From Octopus sinensis (lineage: Eukaryota), in NCBI RefSeq assembly GCF_006345805.1, contig NC_043010.1, positions 27,714,001-27,778,000 on the forward strand: a stretch of DNA of 64,000 bases, given 5' to 3'. This document shows, piece after piece, positions 12,016 to 25,230 of the stretch; positions within the stretch are counted from its first letter, which is position 1, and every line of letters starts with the position of its first letter. The position numbers were made by a program, and so were the translations under genes. The notes under the pieces were generated by a model that saw only the letters and a program-made list of their open reading frames with translations, was not told where the DNA came from and ran no database searches.

Positions 12016-12400
12016 AATCGTGGCACTCCATCGGTTATGATGATGAGGGTTCCAGTTGATCCAATCAACGGAACAGCCTACTTGTGAAATTAACGTGCAA
12101 GTGGCTGAGCAATCCACAAACAAGTGTACCTTTAACTTAGTTCTCTGGAGAGATTCAGCATGACATAGAGTGTGACAAGGCTGACCCCTTTGAAATACAG
12201 GTACAACAGAAACAAGAAGAAAGAGTGAGGTAAATTTGTGAAAGAGTACAGCAGGGTTTGCCATCACCACCCTGCCGGAGCCTCGTTGAGCTTTAGGTGT
12301 TTTCACTCGGTAAACACTCACAACACCCGGTCTGGGAATCGAAACCTCAATCTACAACCACGAGTCTGCTGCCCTAACCACTGGGCCATTGCACCTCCAC
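12016..12400 (-). mobile_element. tRNA-derived SINE family 4
   Basis: Minus strand GTGGAGG.GCAATGGCCCAGTGG (A box)...GTTTCGATTCC (B box); a copy with the same head and a different tail at 31472-31782(-). Confidence 0.78.
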
Positions 12401-12877
12401 AGAAGTTGAAATATGTCACAGACATATCTTAACTAACCTAAAGCTCATAAATACAAAATAGTGCACTGCCCCCCCCCCAATCCTCCTCCTCCTCTGTAAT
12501 CAATCCAAATACAACACTTCAGAAACCACAGCATGATGTTTACTTTATTATTATTGTTGTTGGTGGTGGTGGTGGTAGTGGTACTGCTTAACTGCAGTTC
12601 ATTTCTGATTAAAGGGCTTCCAACAATGACCTATACTCTCATGCTTTATGTGTTTGGCAATATATATTAACCTATTCATGCCAATCGTCTGTTTAATAAT
12701 AATTTTATATATGCACTAAATCTTGCACTAGATATTGCACTAAATATTGCACTAAATCTTATTCTCTTATGTTATATCCTATGTATTATTATATAGTCTA
12801 GTAGCTTATGTGATGTTACTGTTGTGCAGTGTACTTAATTTATGACTATCTCATATTATTTCATTCTTCTTTGTCAG

Positions 12878-13007
12878 GTATCAGAAGAAGGTTATATCTT
12901 GTCCAGATCCTGTTTTGTCTAAGACTTGGCCATATACTCAGCAAGGTGCCATCTCTGAAGAAATATACAAAATGGCAAAGAATTTCTGTTCCAAGTCTGA
13001 AAATTCA
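12878..13007 (+). CDS. POLR1A: POLR1A exon 8
   Basis: tgtcag|G..TCA|gttagt; (K)YQKKVISCPDPVLSKTWPY..GAISE (KYQKK...CPDP motif); donor chosen by phase. Confidence 0.82.
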
Positions 13008-13260
13008 GTTAGTATAGTGAAAGTCTATTATCACTTCACTTTTTTAATATTTTCCAGTGTTGCAGTCCTTAGCAATTATTGGCTGAAAATTTATGTGCAC
13101 ACATATATATTATGGAATTTCCTGAGCGTTAAACTAATAGACCTGTTTGTTGTTTATACACCTTTTGTTTTTGTGTAAATTCCAACTTATATATATTATA
13201 TATATATATTTCTGTATCTCTATGTGTGTGTGTATGTGTGATAATGATGATATATATATA

Positions 13261-13827
13261 TTGGGTTGTCCAGAAAGTTTGTGCTGATTTATAGTAGCTT
13301 ACCTTTTGACTTATTTTAGAATATGGTTGAGTCCATAAGATAGGATTTGACTACACTTCCATTTAGAACATATTTCAAGCTATCTTTTCCTGGAAGAAGG
13401 TTTATGTTCCTATAACCTGTGTTAATTCCGTTACGCTTTAAAATGGAAGATAAGAAAGTTCATTTTCGGCACTTGATGCTTTGGGAACCAGACAAAAAAT
13501 TGCTGCAGCTCGGTTGGGATGTGTTACTCCACTCTCCATATTCACCAGATATTGCCCCTTCGGATTTCCACTTATTCAGGTCTCTGCAGAATAGTCTTAG
13601 TGGTAAAAATTTCAATTCCTTGGATGACGTAAAAAGATACCTTGATGAATTCTTTGCCATGAATCCACTTCAATTCTGGGAAGAAGGTATTTTCAAGTTA
13701 AGGGAAAGGTGGAAACGCATTGTGCAACAAAATTGTTCATATTTGGTTGATTAGAAATGTTATGCCAAGTATTTATTAACCTTTTTCTTTCCTTTAAAAA
13801 TTGGCACAACCTTTCTGGACAACCCAG
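13261..13827 (+). mobile_element. Internally deleted mariner (Tc1/mariner) element
   Basis: TA|TTGGGTTGTCCAGAAAG ... CTTTCTGGACAACCCAG|TA; ORF 13419-13754 fuses the N-terminus (MEDKKVHFRHLMLWE) to the C-terminus with LLHSPYSPDIAPSDFHLFRSLQN. Confidence 0.93.
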
Positions 13828-14661
13828 TATATATGTGTGTGTGTGTGTATCATAATTATTATCAGCACTTAGCATTTGTTGTCCATGCTGGCATATGTTG
13901 GATGGTTTGACCAGGGCTGGCAAGGTTTCTACAGATGGATGCCCTTCCTAATGCCAACCACTCCGACAGTGTAACGGGTGCCATTCGCAGGACACTGATA
14001 TCTGCCACGGCTGCGATTTTACTTGGTTTCATGGGTCTTCTTTTCAAGCGTGACGTAAGGTCAATGGTCTCACTCATTGCCTCCGTATCCTTTTGCTCTT
14101 TCATCTTTACAATGTAAGCAGTTTACCTCCCCCACCGCCTCCTCCACTCCCTAAAATTGCTAGCCTTGTTCTAAAATTTTAAATATTGCTATTTTACTCT
14201 TGGCTAATTTTCTGATTTTTTACATTCTGTGTTCAAATTCCACCATTATTGATTATAGTTAAGGCGGCGAGCCAGCATAAGCGTTAGCACACCAGGCGAA
14301 ATGCTTAGCAGTTTTTCGTTTGTCTTTATGTTGAGTTCAAATTCTGCTGAGGTTGACTTTGCCTTTCAGGGTCAATAAATTAAGTAACAGTTGTGTACTC
14401 AGATCAATTTAATTGGCTGGCTCCTTCCCCCAAAATTTCGGGCCTTGTGCCTAGAGTAGATAAGAATATTAATTACTAGCAGAGATACCCGGCATTGCCC
14501 GGTTTCATTCAATTGAAGAATTAGACTTTTCTGTTATATATATATATATATGGATACACACACACACACATATATATGTATATTAATATAAATACATGAA
14601 AGTACATAAAGTTTGTTAAAAAAAAGGGGGGGATCATGTACATACCTCCTGGCTGTTGAGA

Positions 14662-16215
14662 TTATAACACCTCGTTGTAAACAATGTTCTTTGTTTTTCC
14701 TTGTGGAGCATATACAAAAAGGTTTCTTTTGGTTCCTACTCTTGGGTAGCCAACATACAGTAGCCCATGTGAGAAGCAGGGCTCTTCCAAGAGAAGACCA
14801 GCTACAGAGAGGGTTTGACCCTGAGATTTGTTAATGGACATGGCAAAGCTGACATGAAGGGGAAATTGCAGTCTTCTGAATGAAAATGGAATTTCTGCTC
14901 CTGATGGAGTAATTCTTGGAATAAAGACGTCATCACCTTTTCCACATCTAGAAAGAATGATCGCCTCGATAACGTATGACATCATTTTCTTTATCACCAG
15001 TCGTGTTCCATTGCAAAGTCTTGGTGGTTCCAGATTGCGGAGTAGCATTACAGGAGTTCCAACTTTAAGTGCTAATATGTGTGGTGGTAGTCCAGGAGGC
15101 TCCAGTGAATTGAGAAATTCAGGAGGATAGTTCACAACTTCATTTGTATCTGGAATTGTATCAACAGACTTGTAAGTGTGTATAGTGCCAGGAAGAGAAT
15201 GCATTAGCTGTTGATTAATTTTGTTAACAGCGACGTTTTTTGGAGCTAATATTGCTCTTTCACACAGCCAATTGTGATTTTGGTAGTTTTGTGTGAAGTT
15301 GGGAAAGACTTTGTTTTTGAGGTCATCTACAGAATTAACAACAGAGGAAAATGACCACACTTCCATTTGTCCTGCAGCATCGAGAGGCATCTTGCCTTCA
15401 CCAAGTGTCAAAATGTCCTGTGCAAACTTTGTGGACATTTTGTCGCCATGTAGCTGAGCTCTCATGTTAGTGGTGAGACTGAGGATTGTAACATGATGCC
15501 ACAGGGTAGAGGACTTTAGGCATGCTTACTTCATCTGCTCTAGTGCCTTTCGGAATGACAGGAAGAGTTTGCCTGAAATCACCTGACAACAGAAGCGTTA
15601 CACCTCCCATGGGAGCCTGACAGTCTCGGATATCAGGGCTCTATCTAATGCTTCCAAAGCTCCCTTATGAGCCATAGTGCACTCATCCTAGACAATTAGA
15701 TGACACATTTTAGGTACTTGTCCCTGATCTGAGCTTTTTTTGATGTTGCATGAAGGCATTTCGGATGCTGCTAAATTAAGAGGGAGTTTAAAAGTTGAGT
15801 GTGCTGTCCTGCCTCCGGGTAACAAAGTAGTTGCAATGCCAGAGGAGGCTACTGCAATGTCCTGATGCTGCCTAAATTCTGCAAGGAGAAGCTTTGTAAT
15901 AAATGTTTTTCCTGCTCCTCCAGGAACATCGAGGAAGAAGATTCGTCCCTCACGTTGGCGTACACTGTTAAGAATAGTTCTGTAGGCCTGCAGCTGGTCC
16001 GGAAGTAATGTAGGCTCATTTTCAACAATGTACTTCAAAAGCGCTTGAGTGTCGTAGGTTGTTTCACGAATGACAGCAGTGGGAAGGCTATTTGACCCTG
16101 ACCTGAATGCTTGTGGCAGGCCATACGTCGACAATTCATTTCCACCCAGTTTAGCAATTCTGTCTTCAATGTCAATGAGTGTTTTGTTATAGATTTCATT
16201 GCTGATACCCTCCAT
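14662..16215 (-). pseudogene. Helitron PIF1-family helicase, frameshifted
   Basis: Walker A (FLDVPGGAGKTF), ASSGIATTLLPGGRTAHSTFKLP, GDFRQTLPV in the frameshifted gap, LLRNL..LCNGTRL, QFP...FAMSINKSQGQT, FSHG.LYV. Confidence 0.93.
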
Positions 16216-17315
16216 GTCAGGATAGAGCAGTTGAGCTTGGCGCTGAAGGGGACAATGTTTTTGAGATTCCGGTTCGAATGTAAGGCAGGTTTGAAAGTGT
16301 TCCCAACAGTTATTAATTGTAGTGGTAGAGTGTTTATGCCGAATATGTATGTATGCATGTATATATATGTATGCTTGTATATATGTACAAAATCCACTGA
16401 GAAGGCTTTTGTTGGTCTGAGGCTACAGCAGAAGACACATGCCAAGTCACCACACAGTGGAACTGAACCCAGGACCATGTGTTTGGAACGTAGTTTGTTA
16501 CCACACAGCCACACCTGCCCCTATGTTTGTGTGTGTGCATATGTGTATATGGGTAGATATATTATGCATGTATATCATCATCGTTTAACGTCCGTTTTCC
16601 GCGCTAGCACGGGTTGGACGGTTTCGACCGGGGTCTGGGGAGCCAGGGGCTGCCCCAGGCTCCAGTCTGGTCTGGCAGTGTTTCTACAGCTGGATGCCCT
16701 TCCTAACGCCAACCACTCCGCGAGTGTAGTGGGTGCTTTTTACGTGCCACCTGCACAGGTGCCAGAGGGGTCTGGCATCGGCCACGGTCAGTTGGTGCTT
16801 TTTATGTGCCACCTGCACAGAAGCCAGTCGGGGCGGTGCTGGCATCGGCCACGCTCGGATGGTGCTTTTTATGTGGGGGGGGGGGGGTGCAGAAATATAG
16901 GGGAGCACCAGTGGGGAGGGGTGTTCGGAGAAACGATGACAGGTTCTAGACAAGTAGAACGTAGGATATCACTAGAGGGGTAATGCATGGTGAAATAGCG
17001 TATTGAAGAGGGGGGTTCGAAGAGTAGACACCTATAATGGTGGTGGGAGAAGCGACATCCGGTATAGATGGAGCAAAAATATAAAGATATCCGGTATTGG
17101 TGGTGGGGGTGGGCAAGGGCGTTTGCACCGCGAATACGCGAAGGTTGAAAGACGAGAGAGTGAGGACTTGGACGGGCAAAATTAATAAAGGGACGGTGGA
17201 GAAATGGAGAAATTATCGGCACATAATGATGAGAGGAATTAGGGAATACAATGACAACTGCTTAAGCGTATTAGTAATTAGTAAGTAGATAAAATAGATA
17301 GATAGATAAAAACAT

Positions 17316-17626
17316 AATCAAGAAATGAGGCACGTTACTTGACGGGCTGGCTTAAAAATGCTCTTAGCAATGGAAGGGGGAGGGCAGACAACGTAAAAGA
17401 GGGAGAGAGAGAAAGGGAATAGTGGAACCCCGTGAAAATCGGCCACCATTGAAAACCCCTGTATGGAGAAACTTAAATATCTATTCTGTATTTAGCGAGA
17501 CACGAGGCCGGAACCGATGGTCAACGATAACTAATAAATTATACATAATATGCAATATGAGGCGAAGCTGAAAATAATAATAATAAACAAATTGACGACT
17601 GGGGATCAAAGGGATAATACTAATAC

Positions 17627-17664
<38 letters not shown>

Positions 17665-17671
17665 CTAATAC

Positions 17672-17708
<37 letters not shown>

Positions 17709-17988
17709 CAGCTTAACCACTAGAGATCAGACAAATTTGCATGAGAATATTACTGGTACAGATTACGGGATGAATTAGATTAGAAAGATTTTCTTATCTT
17801 GGAAACATTTCGTTTTCGGCCTGACACGGCAGAATGGATTTGAAATCAAGAAATGAGGCACGTTACTTGACGGGCTGGCTTTAAAATGCTCTTAGCAATG
17901 GAAGGGGGAGGGCAGACAACGTAAAAGAGGGAGAGAGAGAAAGGGAATAGTGGAACCCCGCGAAAATCAGCCGCCATTGAAAACCCCT
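17316..17988. repeat. ~145-bp direct repeat pair (17316-17460, 17844-17988) inside the Helitron
   Basis: aatcaagaaatgaggcacgttacttgacgggctggc...ccattgaaaacccct occurs twice with few differences. Confidence 0.92.
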
Positions 17989-19160
17989 ATGTGTACATAT
18001 TACATGTACCTCTATATATATACATCTACACATAAAATACAAAATACAAAGTTATATCTTGATATCGCTAGTGATAACAATACTCAAAATATATAAGAGA
18101 CTGGAATTGTAGGCCCGTCTCTTGCAATTTCGATCAATTGGATCTTGTCCTCCCTCTTGTATAGAAGTGTATGGCTGCAGCGAAATTCATTTTTGGACTT
18201 TCTTCTATCGAAGGCATTTTAACAAAAATGCTTCCGTAAAGACGGTAAAAATATTGTCAATTTCCCCAAACAGGGACACAATTCAATTTTTAAACAATAA
18301 CCAAAGCCCCTTCTCCGAAAGGAGGAGGGTTACGGTTTACAATTATTTAACAAATGCAACACAACAACGTTTCCCTGACAAGGAACCAACAAACGTGATT
18401 ACAATAGTCAAACAGTAATAATAATAACAACAAACCTTTTTAATTTATCCCCATTTATGTGAAACCACTTATTCAAGTTCAAGTCATTGATGCAATTTTA
18501 TACGAATTGCTAATACACACACACACACATAATAAGGGTTAAAAATTGAATATTAATTTGATTAATATGAATTGAAAACCAGTGGTGTAGCATATAAGAC
18601 CATAGCAGATCTTTTTCTAGCAAAATGGATGACCACTGTTAATGATTGATCCTGTTATATAATACTTTCACTTTAATAGTTTCAGTATTAAAGTGAAAGT
18701 GTCTGCATTACAATAAAGAGATGTTTTTGTTTCACTTTTAACACGTAATACTGAAATAGTGGAGAAGATATGATATCGCTGTGGGGTCGCCCTAGGGAAA
18801 AAGTTAAGATTTTTTTTGCCGATGACACTCCCCGGACCTTAAGTAAGGCATGTGTAAAATTTGAATGAAATTGGTTGTGTAGTTCTCAAGTTTTAGGGAA
18901 ACACACAGACAGACACACATTCTCAGTTTTATATATAGAGAGATAGCTCTTTGGATAAAATGCTTAATGGTATTTCGCCCATCTTTACATTCTGAGTTCA
19001 AAGTCCCCTGAGGTCAACTTTGCCTTTCATCCTTTCAGGGTCAATAAAATAAGTACCAGTTACACCTTGGGGTCGATATAATCAACTTATCCCATCCCTT
19101 CTGAAATTGCTGGCCTCGTGTCAAAATTTGAAACCATTACTACTACTATTATTATTATTA

Positions 19161-19510
19161 TTACCTCCGCCTTAGCAAAGGCGGTGGTATTATTTTCACT
19201 TGTGTTTGTTTTTTGTCTGTGGTCAAGATGTCTCAAAAACCACTGAATGGATTTGGATGAAACGTTCAGGAATGTTTGGCACGACCCAGTTAGATTTTGG
19301 GATTAATCCAGTACTGGACAAGTATTCTGGATTAATTTTCCTGTATTTTTACTTAATTTTTGCAAACAGTCGGGTTCATTTTTAGTATTCTCGCTTGTGA
19401 GAGCAGTCAAGTTTATTTCAGAAATTTTCATTTTAAAAATCATCTCTGGCTAATTGTTGAGAGGACGTTGGTGTTGCCTTGGCAGAGGTTTGTGCTCTCT
19501 GAGTGGTCTT
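19161..19510 (+). mobile_element. Non-autonomous Helentron-associated (HINE/DINE-like) element
   Basis: Starts TTACCTCCGCC with a short hairpin; core aaaaccactgaatggatttggatgaaac; subterminal inverted GGCAGAGGT followed by GCTCTCTGAGTG hairpin; inserted in (TTA)n. Confidence 0.6.
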
Positions 19511-19773
19511 GTTGTCGTTGTCATCGTCGTCGTCATTATTATTATTATTAAGGTAAAGTACCAGTTATGCACTGGGGTCGATATAATCGACTTAATCTGT
19601 TTGTCTGTCCTTGTTTGTCCTCTCTGTGTTTAGCCCCTTGTGGGTAGTAAAGAAATAGGTATTTCATCTGCCGCTACGTTCTGAGTTCAAATTCCCTCGA
19701 GGTTGACTTTACCTTTCATCCTAGCAGGATAAGTACCAGTTAAACTCTGGGGGTCGATAGCAAAATTTGAAAC

Positions 19774-19816
<43 letters not shown>

Positions 19817-20376
19817 GAGAAAGCAGCACATGCCATCAAAGTGATGCTGGAGTACAAATGTACAAAGCCAAATATAACCATCTTTACTACCCATTTGATA
19901 AGGGTCCACCAGGCAGATGCACTACATGGTAACCTCATATCAAGATAAACAGCACATGAGTTTGCAGGTGAGAGCTAGTTAGAATTTTCTTCTGGTTGAG
20001 TGGCTTCTTCCACAGGTTGTTTGAGGATGATGAACAAAACACCTATGTTTCCAGAGGTGAATTATCCAAACCCCAAAGAATTCCTCTCAACACATGGCTA
20101 TGATGCTCCCCCACTACTTCTGATCGTGATCAAAGATGTACTTATCGTCAGCCACTAAGGGACATGCTCAACTGGTTATGGTTAAGCGACTGACAAGCAA
20201 ATCTGTGGTATTGGAGCGGAATATTTGCACCAAGACATGTTAACATTCCAATCAGTTAAAATCAGAAGCCATGAGAACCACTGGCTGGTACTGCTACATC
20301 GCCATCATCATCATCACCACCACCACCACCATCATTATTATTATAATTATTCTTTTATCATTCTTGTTGTTATTAG

Positions 20377-20511
20377 CACAGGATATGCCCACCAGGACAA
20401 GCTGAGACTAAAGAGACTCTTACGGAAGAAAACTTTGAGAAACTGATAAATTACAAATATCTACAATGTATGGTGGACCCTGGAGAAGCTGTTGGCTTAA
20501 TTTCATCTCAG
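20377..20511 (+). CDS. POLR1A: POLR1A exon 9
   Basis: tattag|...|gtactt; HRICPPG...FEKLINYKYLQCMVDPGEAVGLISSQ (PGEAVG motif preceding the trigger helix). Confidence 0.88.
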
Positions 20512-20974
20512 GTACTTCTTTTGTTTACCTCTTTGTATTGTCGTGGGTCCCCCTTGCCCCGTCTTCCTGAATTTGCTCTTATGAGACAACAGATCCTTCC
20601 AAAATCCTATCGCCTTTGCATACGTTCCCCACCAACTAGTCAATAACCACGTTTTCAATGCTTGCCTGACAGCATTTATAATGAAAGCCACAAAGTACTT
20701 TAATTAACTTTGAAAATAATCAAGAATCTAGAAGGGGTTTATTAGTAGAAGATGCTTGCCCAAGGTGCCACACAGTGGGTTTGAACCTGAAACCAAGTGG
20801 TTACAAAGTGAACTTCTTTCATGGCCACACAGCCTTGCTCATGTTCATCTTAGTTTTCCAAAAATTACCTTATCCTTGTAGGTTCTCATGTGATTTGAAG
20901 GAGATTTAATTGCCATCTTTAGCACATCAAGTAACTTCTATTGTCTCTGAGTGTGGTTTAGTATTATGAATATA

Positions 20975-21322
20975 GGCGCAGGAGTGGCTGTGTGGTAAGT
21001 AGCTTGCTTACCAACCACATGGTTCTGAGTTCAGTCCCACTGCATGGCACCTTGGGCAAGTGTCTTCTACTATAGCCTCGGGCTGACCAAAGCCTTGTGA
21101 GTGGATTTGGTAGATGGAAACTGAAAGAAGCCTGTCATCTATATATATGTGTGTGTGTGTGTACATTTGTATGTCTGTGTTTGTGCCCCAACATCGCTTG
21201 ACAACCAATGCTGGTGTGTTTACGTCCCCGAAACTTAGCAGTTCAGCAAAAGAGACCGATAGAATAAGTCCTGGGGTCGCTTTGTTTGACTAAAGGCAGT
21301 GCTCCAGCATGGCTGCAGTCAA
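20975..21322 (+). mobile_element. tRNA-head SINE family 1 (representative copy)
   Basis: ggagtggctgtgtggtaag (A box)...gttcagtcc (B box)...ccttgggcaagtgtcttctactatagcc...gcagtcaaa; other copies at approximately 9284-9680(-), 21645-22000(-), 23625-23980(-), 28525-28833(-), 38515-38876, 39640-39900, 42560-42920, 43580-43930, 58485-58860(-). Confidence 0.85.
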
Positions 21323-23122
21323 AAGATATTGGTGTGTTTACGCCTTCATAACTTAGTGGTTCAGCAAAAGAGACCCATAGAATAAGTCAAGTTGCTCATC
21401 TAAAAGCGGTGCTCCAGCATGACCACAGTCAAATGAATAAAAGAATATCTATAATCTTCACTGGAAACGGTTATCAGGCGTACAATATGTTCTCCTTGTC
21501 ATTGTTAACAGATTTCTTTTCTACGATCTTCTGCTATTTGTCAGAAAGAACTCAAATGCCATCCAGCTTCTGTCTTTTACTATTTTATTAATGATTAAAG
21601 TCTTTCTCTGCTACTCTTTATGGCTTCATCACTGAGACTCGTCTTTTCTACTCTTTTACTTGTTTCAGTCATTTGACTGTGGCCATGCTGGGGTACTACC
21701 TTTAGTCGAGCAAATTGACCCCAGGACTTATTCTTTTTAAGTCTGGTATTTATTCTATGGGGGCGTAAACACACCACTATTAGTTGTCAGGTGATTTTGG
21801 GGGGACAAACACAGACACACAAACACACACACACACATATATACAACAGGCTTCTTTTGGTTTCCATCTACCAAATCCACTCACAAGGCTTTGATCAGCC
21901 TAAGGCTATAGTAGAAGACACTTGCCCAAGGTTGCATGCAGTGGGACTGAACCTGGAACAATGTGGCTAGTAAGCAAGCTACTTACCACACAGCCACTCC
22001 TACACCACTGTACGCATCATCATCATCATCATCATCAACATCATTGCTTTAACATCCAATTTTGCATATCTGCATGGATCAGATGGATTTTATTGTAGCA
22101 GGTTTTCTATGGTTGGATGCCGTTTGCGTTGCCAAACTTTGCCTGCTGCCAGGTGAGGAGATATTTTCCTATGGCCAGACATAGCATCATGGAAGAATGA
22201 GGGAAAAAAATATTAATGACACTTGTTTCCAATTATCACACACACCATGCTACCATAGAGTTTCATCTTCATCACCGTTTAACGTCCGTTCTCCATGCAG
22301 GCATGGGTTGAACGGTTTGACTGAGGTCTGGAAAGCCAGTTGCTGCAGCAGGCTCCAATCTGATCTGGCAATGTTTCTACAGCTGGATGCCCTTCCTAAT
22401 GCCAACCACTCCGAGAGTATAGTGGATGCTTTTTACAAGCCACCAGCATTGGAGCCAGTCAGGGAAACACTGGCATCGGCCACGTTCAGATGGTACTTTT
22501 TACTTGCCATTGGCACAGGAACCAGTCAGAGTGCACTGGCATTGGCCACATTCGGATGATGCTTTTAACGTGTCACTGGCACAGTAGCCAGTCAGGGAGC
22601 ACTGGCATCGGTCACATTCAGATGGTGATTTTAACGTACCACCAACAAGAGAGCCAGTCAGGCAGACCTAGTATTGATCACGTTCGGGTGGGGGTTAATT
22701 TGCCACTGGCATTGGTCATGTTCAGATGGTACTTTTTACATATCACCAGCACAGGAGCCAGTCAGGGGCACTGGCATCGACCACATTCAGACGATGCAAA
22801 GACATAGGTCTGATCAGGGTGATAGTAGAAGACATTTTCCCAAGATGCCTAGCAATGGGACTGAACCTGAAATGTCTGTATTGTTGGGAAGTAAACTTCC
22901 TAACCAAACAGCCATTCCCATATTTAACCCATGAGCGTTTAAACTGGTCAGATCTGGCCTCTCCCACCTAGTCTACAATGTCAATGTAAAAACTAACAGT
23001 TACCTCGTCAAAATCTCAAAGCTACAAGATAATGCCTCATTAATTTAAAATAATGTAAATAAAGTTTGACAGAGTAATCTGAATACTAAATGGTTAATTA
23101 GCTAATTAATTAATTTTTTCAG

Positions 23123-23344
23123 TCAATTGGTGAGCCATCAACTCAGATGACACTGAACACATTCCACTTTGCTGGTCTTGGAGAGATGAACGTCACTCTG
23201 GGTATTCCTCGTCTCCGTGAGATTCTCTTCGGTTCCAAAAATATGAAGATTCCTACAATGGACATTCCTGTCTTAGACACAAACTTTGCCAGGGCTGAAG
23301 CCAAAAAGCTGCAGATGAAGTTAAACCCTGTTACACTCAGCCAG
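23123..23344 (+). CDS. POLR1A: POLR1A exon 10 (trigger loop)
   Basis: ttttcag|...|gtaaat; [35 protein letters not shown]; the [15 protein letters not shown] form is Pol I type. Confidence 0.97.
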
Positions 23345-24597
23345 GTAAATACGCCTCTCTCTCACTTTCTCTCAGCATCTCCTTTCTATCTCAGTCTCTC
23401 ACTTTCTCTCCCTATCTCAGACTTATCTCTCTCTCTCTCTCCCCCTCTCTCCCCCATGACTTCTGGCCATCTGTTGTAATCTTTTAACAAAAGAGCCTCC
23501 AAGATTTATAAATCTTAGTTCTTCACCAATTCTAAATCCTATGCCTGCCTCTTCCTGCTCCTCCTCTTGCTAGTTTAGAAAAGTGATAATACTCCTGTTG
23601 CTTAAACACACACACACTTTTTATTTTTAATCTGTTTCAGTCATTTGACTGCGGCCCTGCTGGAGCAAAACCTTTAGTCGAACAAATTGACCCCAGAACT
23701 TATTCTTTGAAAGACTAGAACTTATTCTATCGGTCTCTTTTACTGAACCGCTAAGTTACAGGGATATAAACACACCAACACTGGTTGTCAAGTGATGGTG
23801 GGGCGACAAATACAGACTCACGAACACATACACATATACGATGGGCTTCTTTCAGTTTCCGTCTACCAGATCCACTCACAAGGTTTTGGTTGGCCCGAGA
23901 TTATAGTAGAAGACACTTGCCCAAGGTGTCACGCAGTGTGACTGAACCTGGGTCCATGTGGTTAGTAAGCAAGCTACTTACCTCAGAGCCTTATAGTTTT
24001 CTCTCTGTTTCTGTTTACCAAATCCATTCACAAGGCTTTAGTTGGTTCAGTTCTATTGTAGGAGCAGTAGGACTGAACCCAAAATCATATGATTGGGAAG
24101 CAAGCTTCCTAACCATGCAGCCACGTTGTCCCTTCTTAAATGGGGTCGGCTTATCTCTTATTCAATGAACTCAAATAAAACTGGTGGACCGGAATACACC
24201 TGTAGCCTTCAGTTTATCCTTCGCATTGCTGTGCATTGGGCTCTTCACATTCCATGTCTACATCTACAGTTGCAGGTGTGGCTGTGTGGTAAGAAGTTTG
24301 CTTCCTAACCACATAGTTCCCAGGTTCAATCCGACTGCCTGGCACCTTGGGCAAGTGTCTTCTATTATAGTCTCAGACTGACCAAAGCTTGTGAGTGGAT
24401 TTGGTAGATGGAAACTGAAAGAAGCCCGTCATATACATGTGTGTCTGTATTTGTCCTCCCACCCACCACTGCTTGGTTTCGACAACTGGTGTCTAACGGT
24501 GTGAGCTCCACTAAAGGTGCATAAGTGCCAGGTGATGGTTGTGTTATTAAAACAGTTGTTTGATTCATGCTTCTTTTCTAATGTTTCTCTTTTCCAG

Positions 24598-24644
24598 GTG
24601 TTAGAAAAGGTAGATGTTACAGATCGGATTGAGATGTCATCTGG
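24598..24644 (+). CDS. POLR1A: POLR1A exon 11 (47-nt exon)
   Basis: ttccag|...|gtaagt with a strong polypyrimidine tract; VLEKVDVTDRIEMSSG; required for phase continuity. Confidence 0.85.
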
Positions 24645-25230
24645 GTAAGTAAACCAGTATATCTGCAATACAGTTGTCATCCATCACTTTTTCAGTTTGT
24701 GCCAGTCCAGTATGTTGACCAACTCGCTGACTCATGACAGCCAGTGTGACTCAAGTCCGCACGACGTCATATTTGACAGTCAGCCTCGAGTCGCACAAAC
24801 CATCCTTGATTAGATCCATTGGAAAGCAGGGTAGGAGCTCTCTAATCTAAGGGAGATAACTTCACCATCAGTTTGACGGGTATCAACGTTCATCAGCAAA
24901 TAATTTGAGTTCCTTAAATAAGGGCTATAACTCTTGTTAGAGTCATGTGATCCGATGGCATAGCCTTTACTCCACGCATTAATATCTGTTTGCCAAACAT
25001 CAGTGCACATCAGCAAATAAGTTTGTTTACTATTTCTATAAATATGAGCCTTTCGTTTCATTTAGATTCATTGATCTGGGCTAGCTTTGACTGGGGAGAC
25101 ACACAATAAGGTCAAAATACCACAGTATCTGAAAGTCCCTTACTTTCGTCTATAAGTCACAGACATTATGAACACATCATCTACAAGGAGATATTCTTCG
25201 ATGACAAGAAAACAGCAGCTGTCAGTATAT

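Larger units (their letters stand above)
14476..18943 (-). mobile_element. Internally deleted Helitron with both termini
   Basis: On the minus strand: 5' A|TC..TATATAAAACTG near 18943 and 3' CCGGGCAATGCCGGG..CTAG|T at 14476; PIF1 helicase remains at 14662-16215; SINE insertions at ~16340-16875. Confidence 0.75.

Noticed and set aside
12330-12400. tRNA-like A and B boxes (also 31710-31782, 43312-43350)
   Set aside because: SINE heads that continue into repeat bodies; no complete cloverleaf.
16111-16983. 290-aa + strand ORF
   Set aside because: Chimera of antisense Helitron sequence and two SINE fragments.
19830-20290. Complex-looking stretch upstream of exon 9
   Set aside because: Bounded by simple repeats and has stops in the frames I read; probably an interspersed repeat, but I could not classify it.
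22440-22795. CRISPR-like repeat/spacer appearance
   Set aside because: Whole units are degenerate tandem copies without unique spacers; eukaryotic context, no cas genes.
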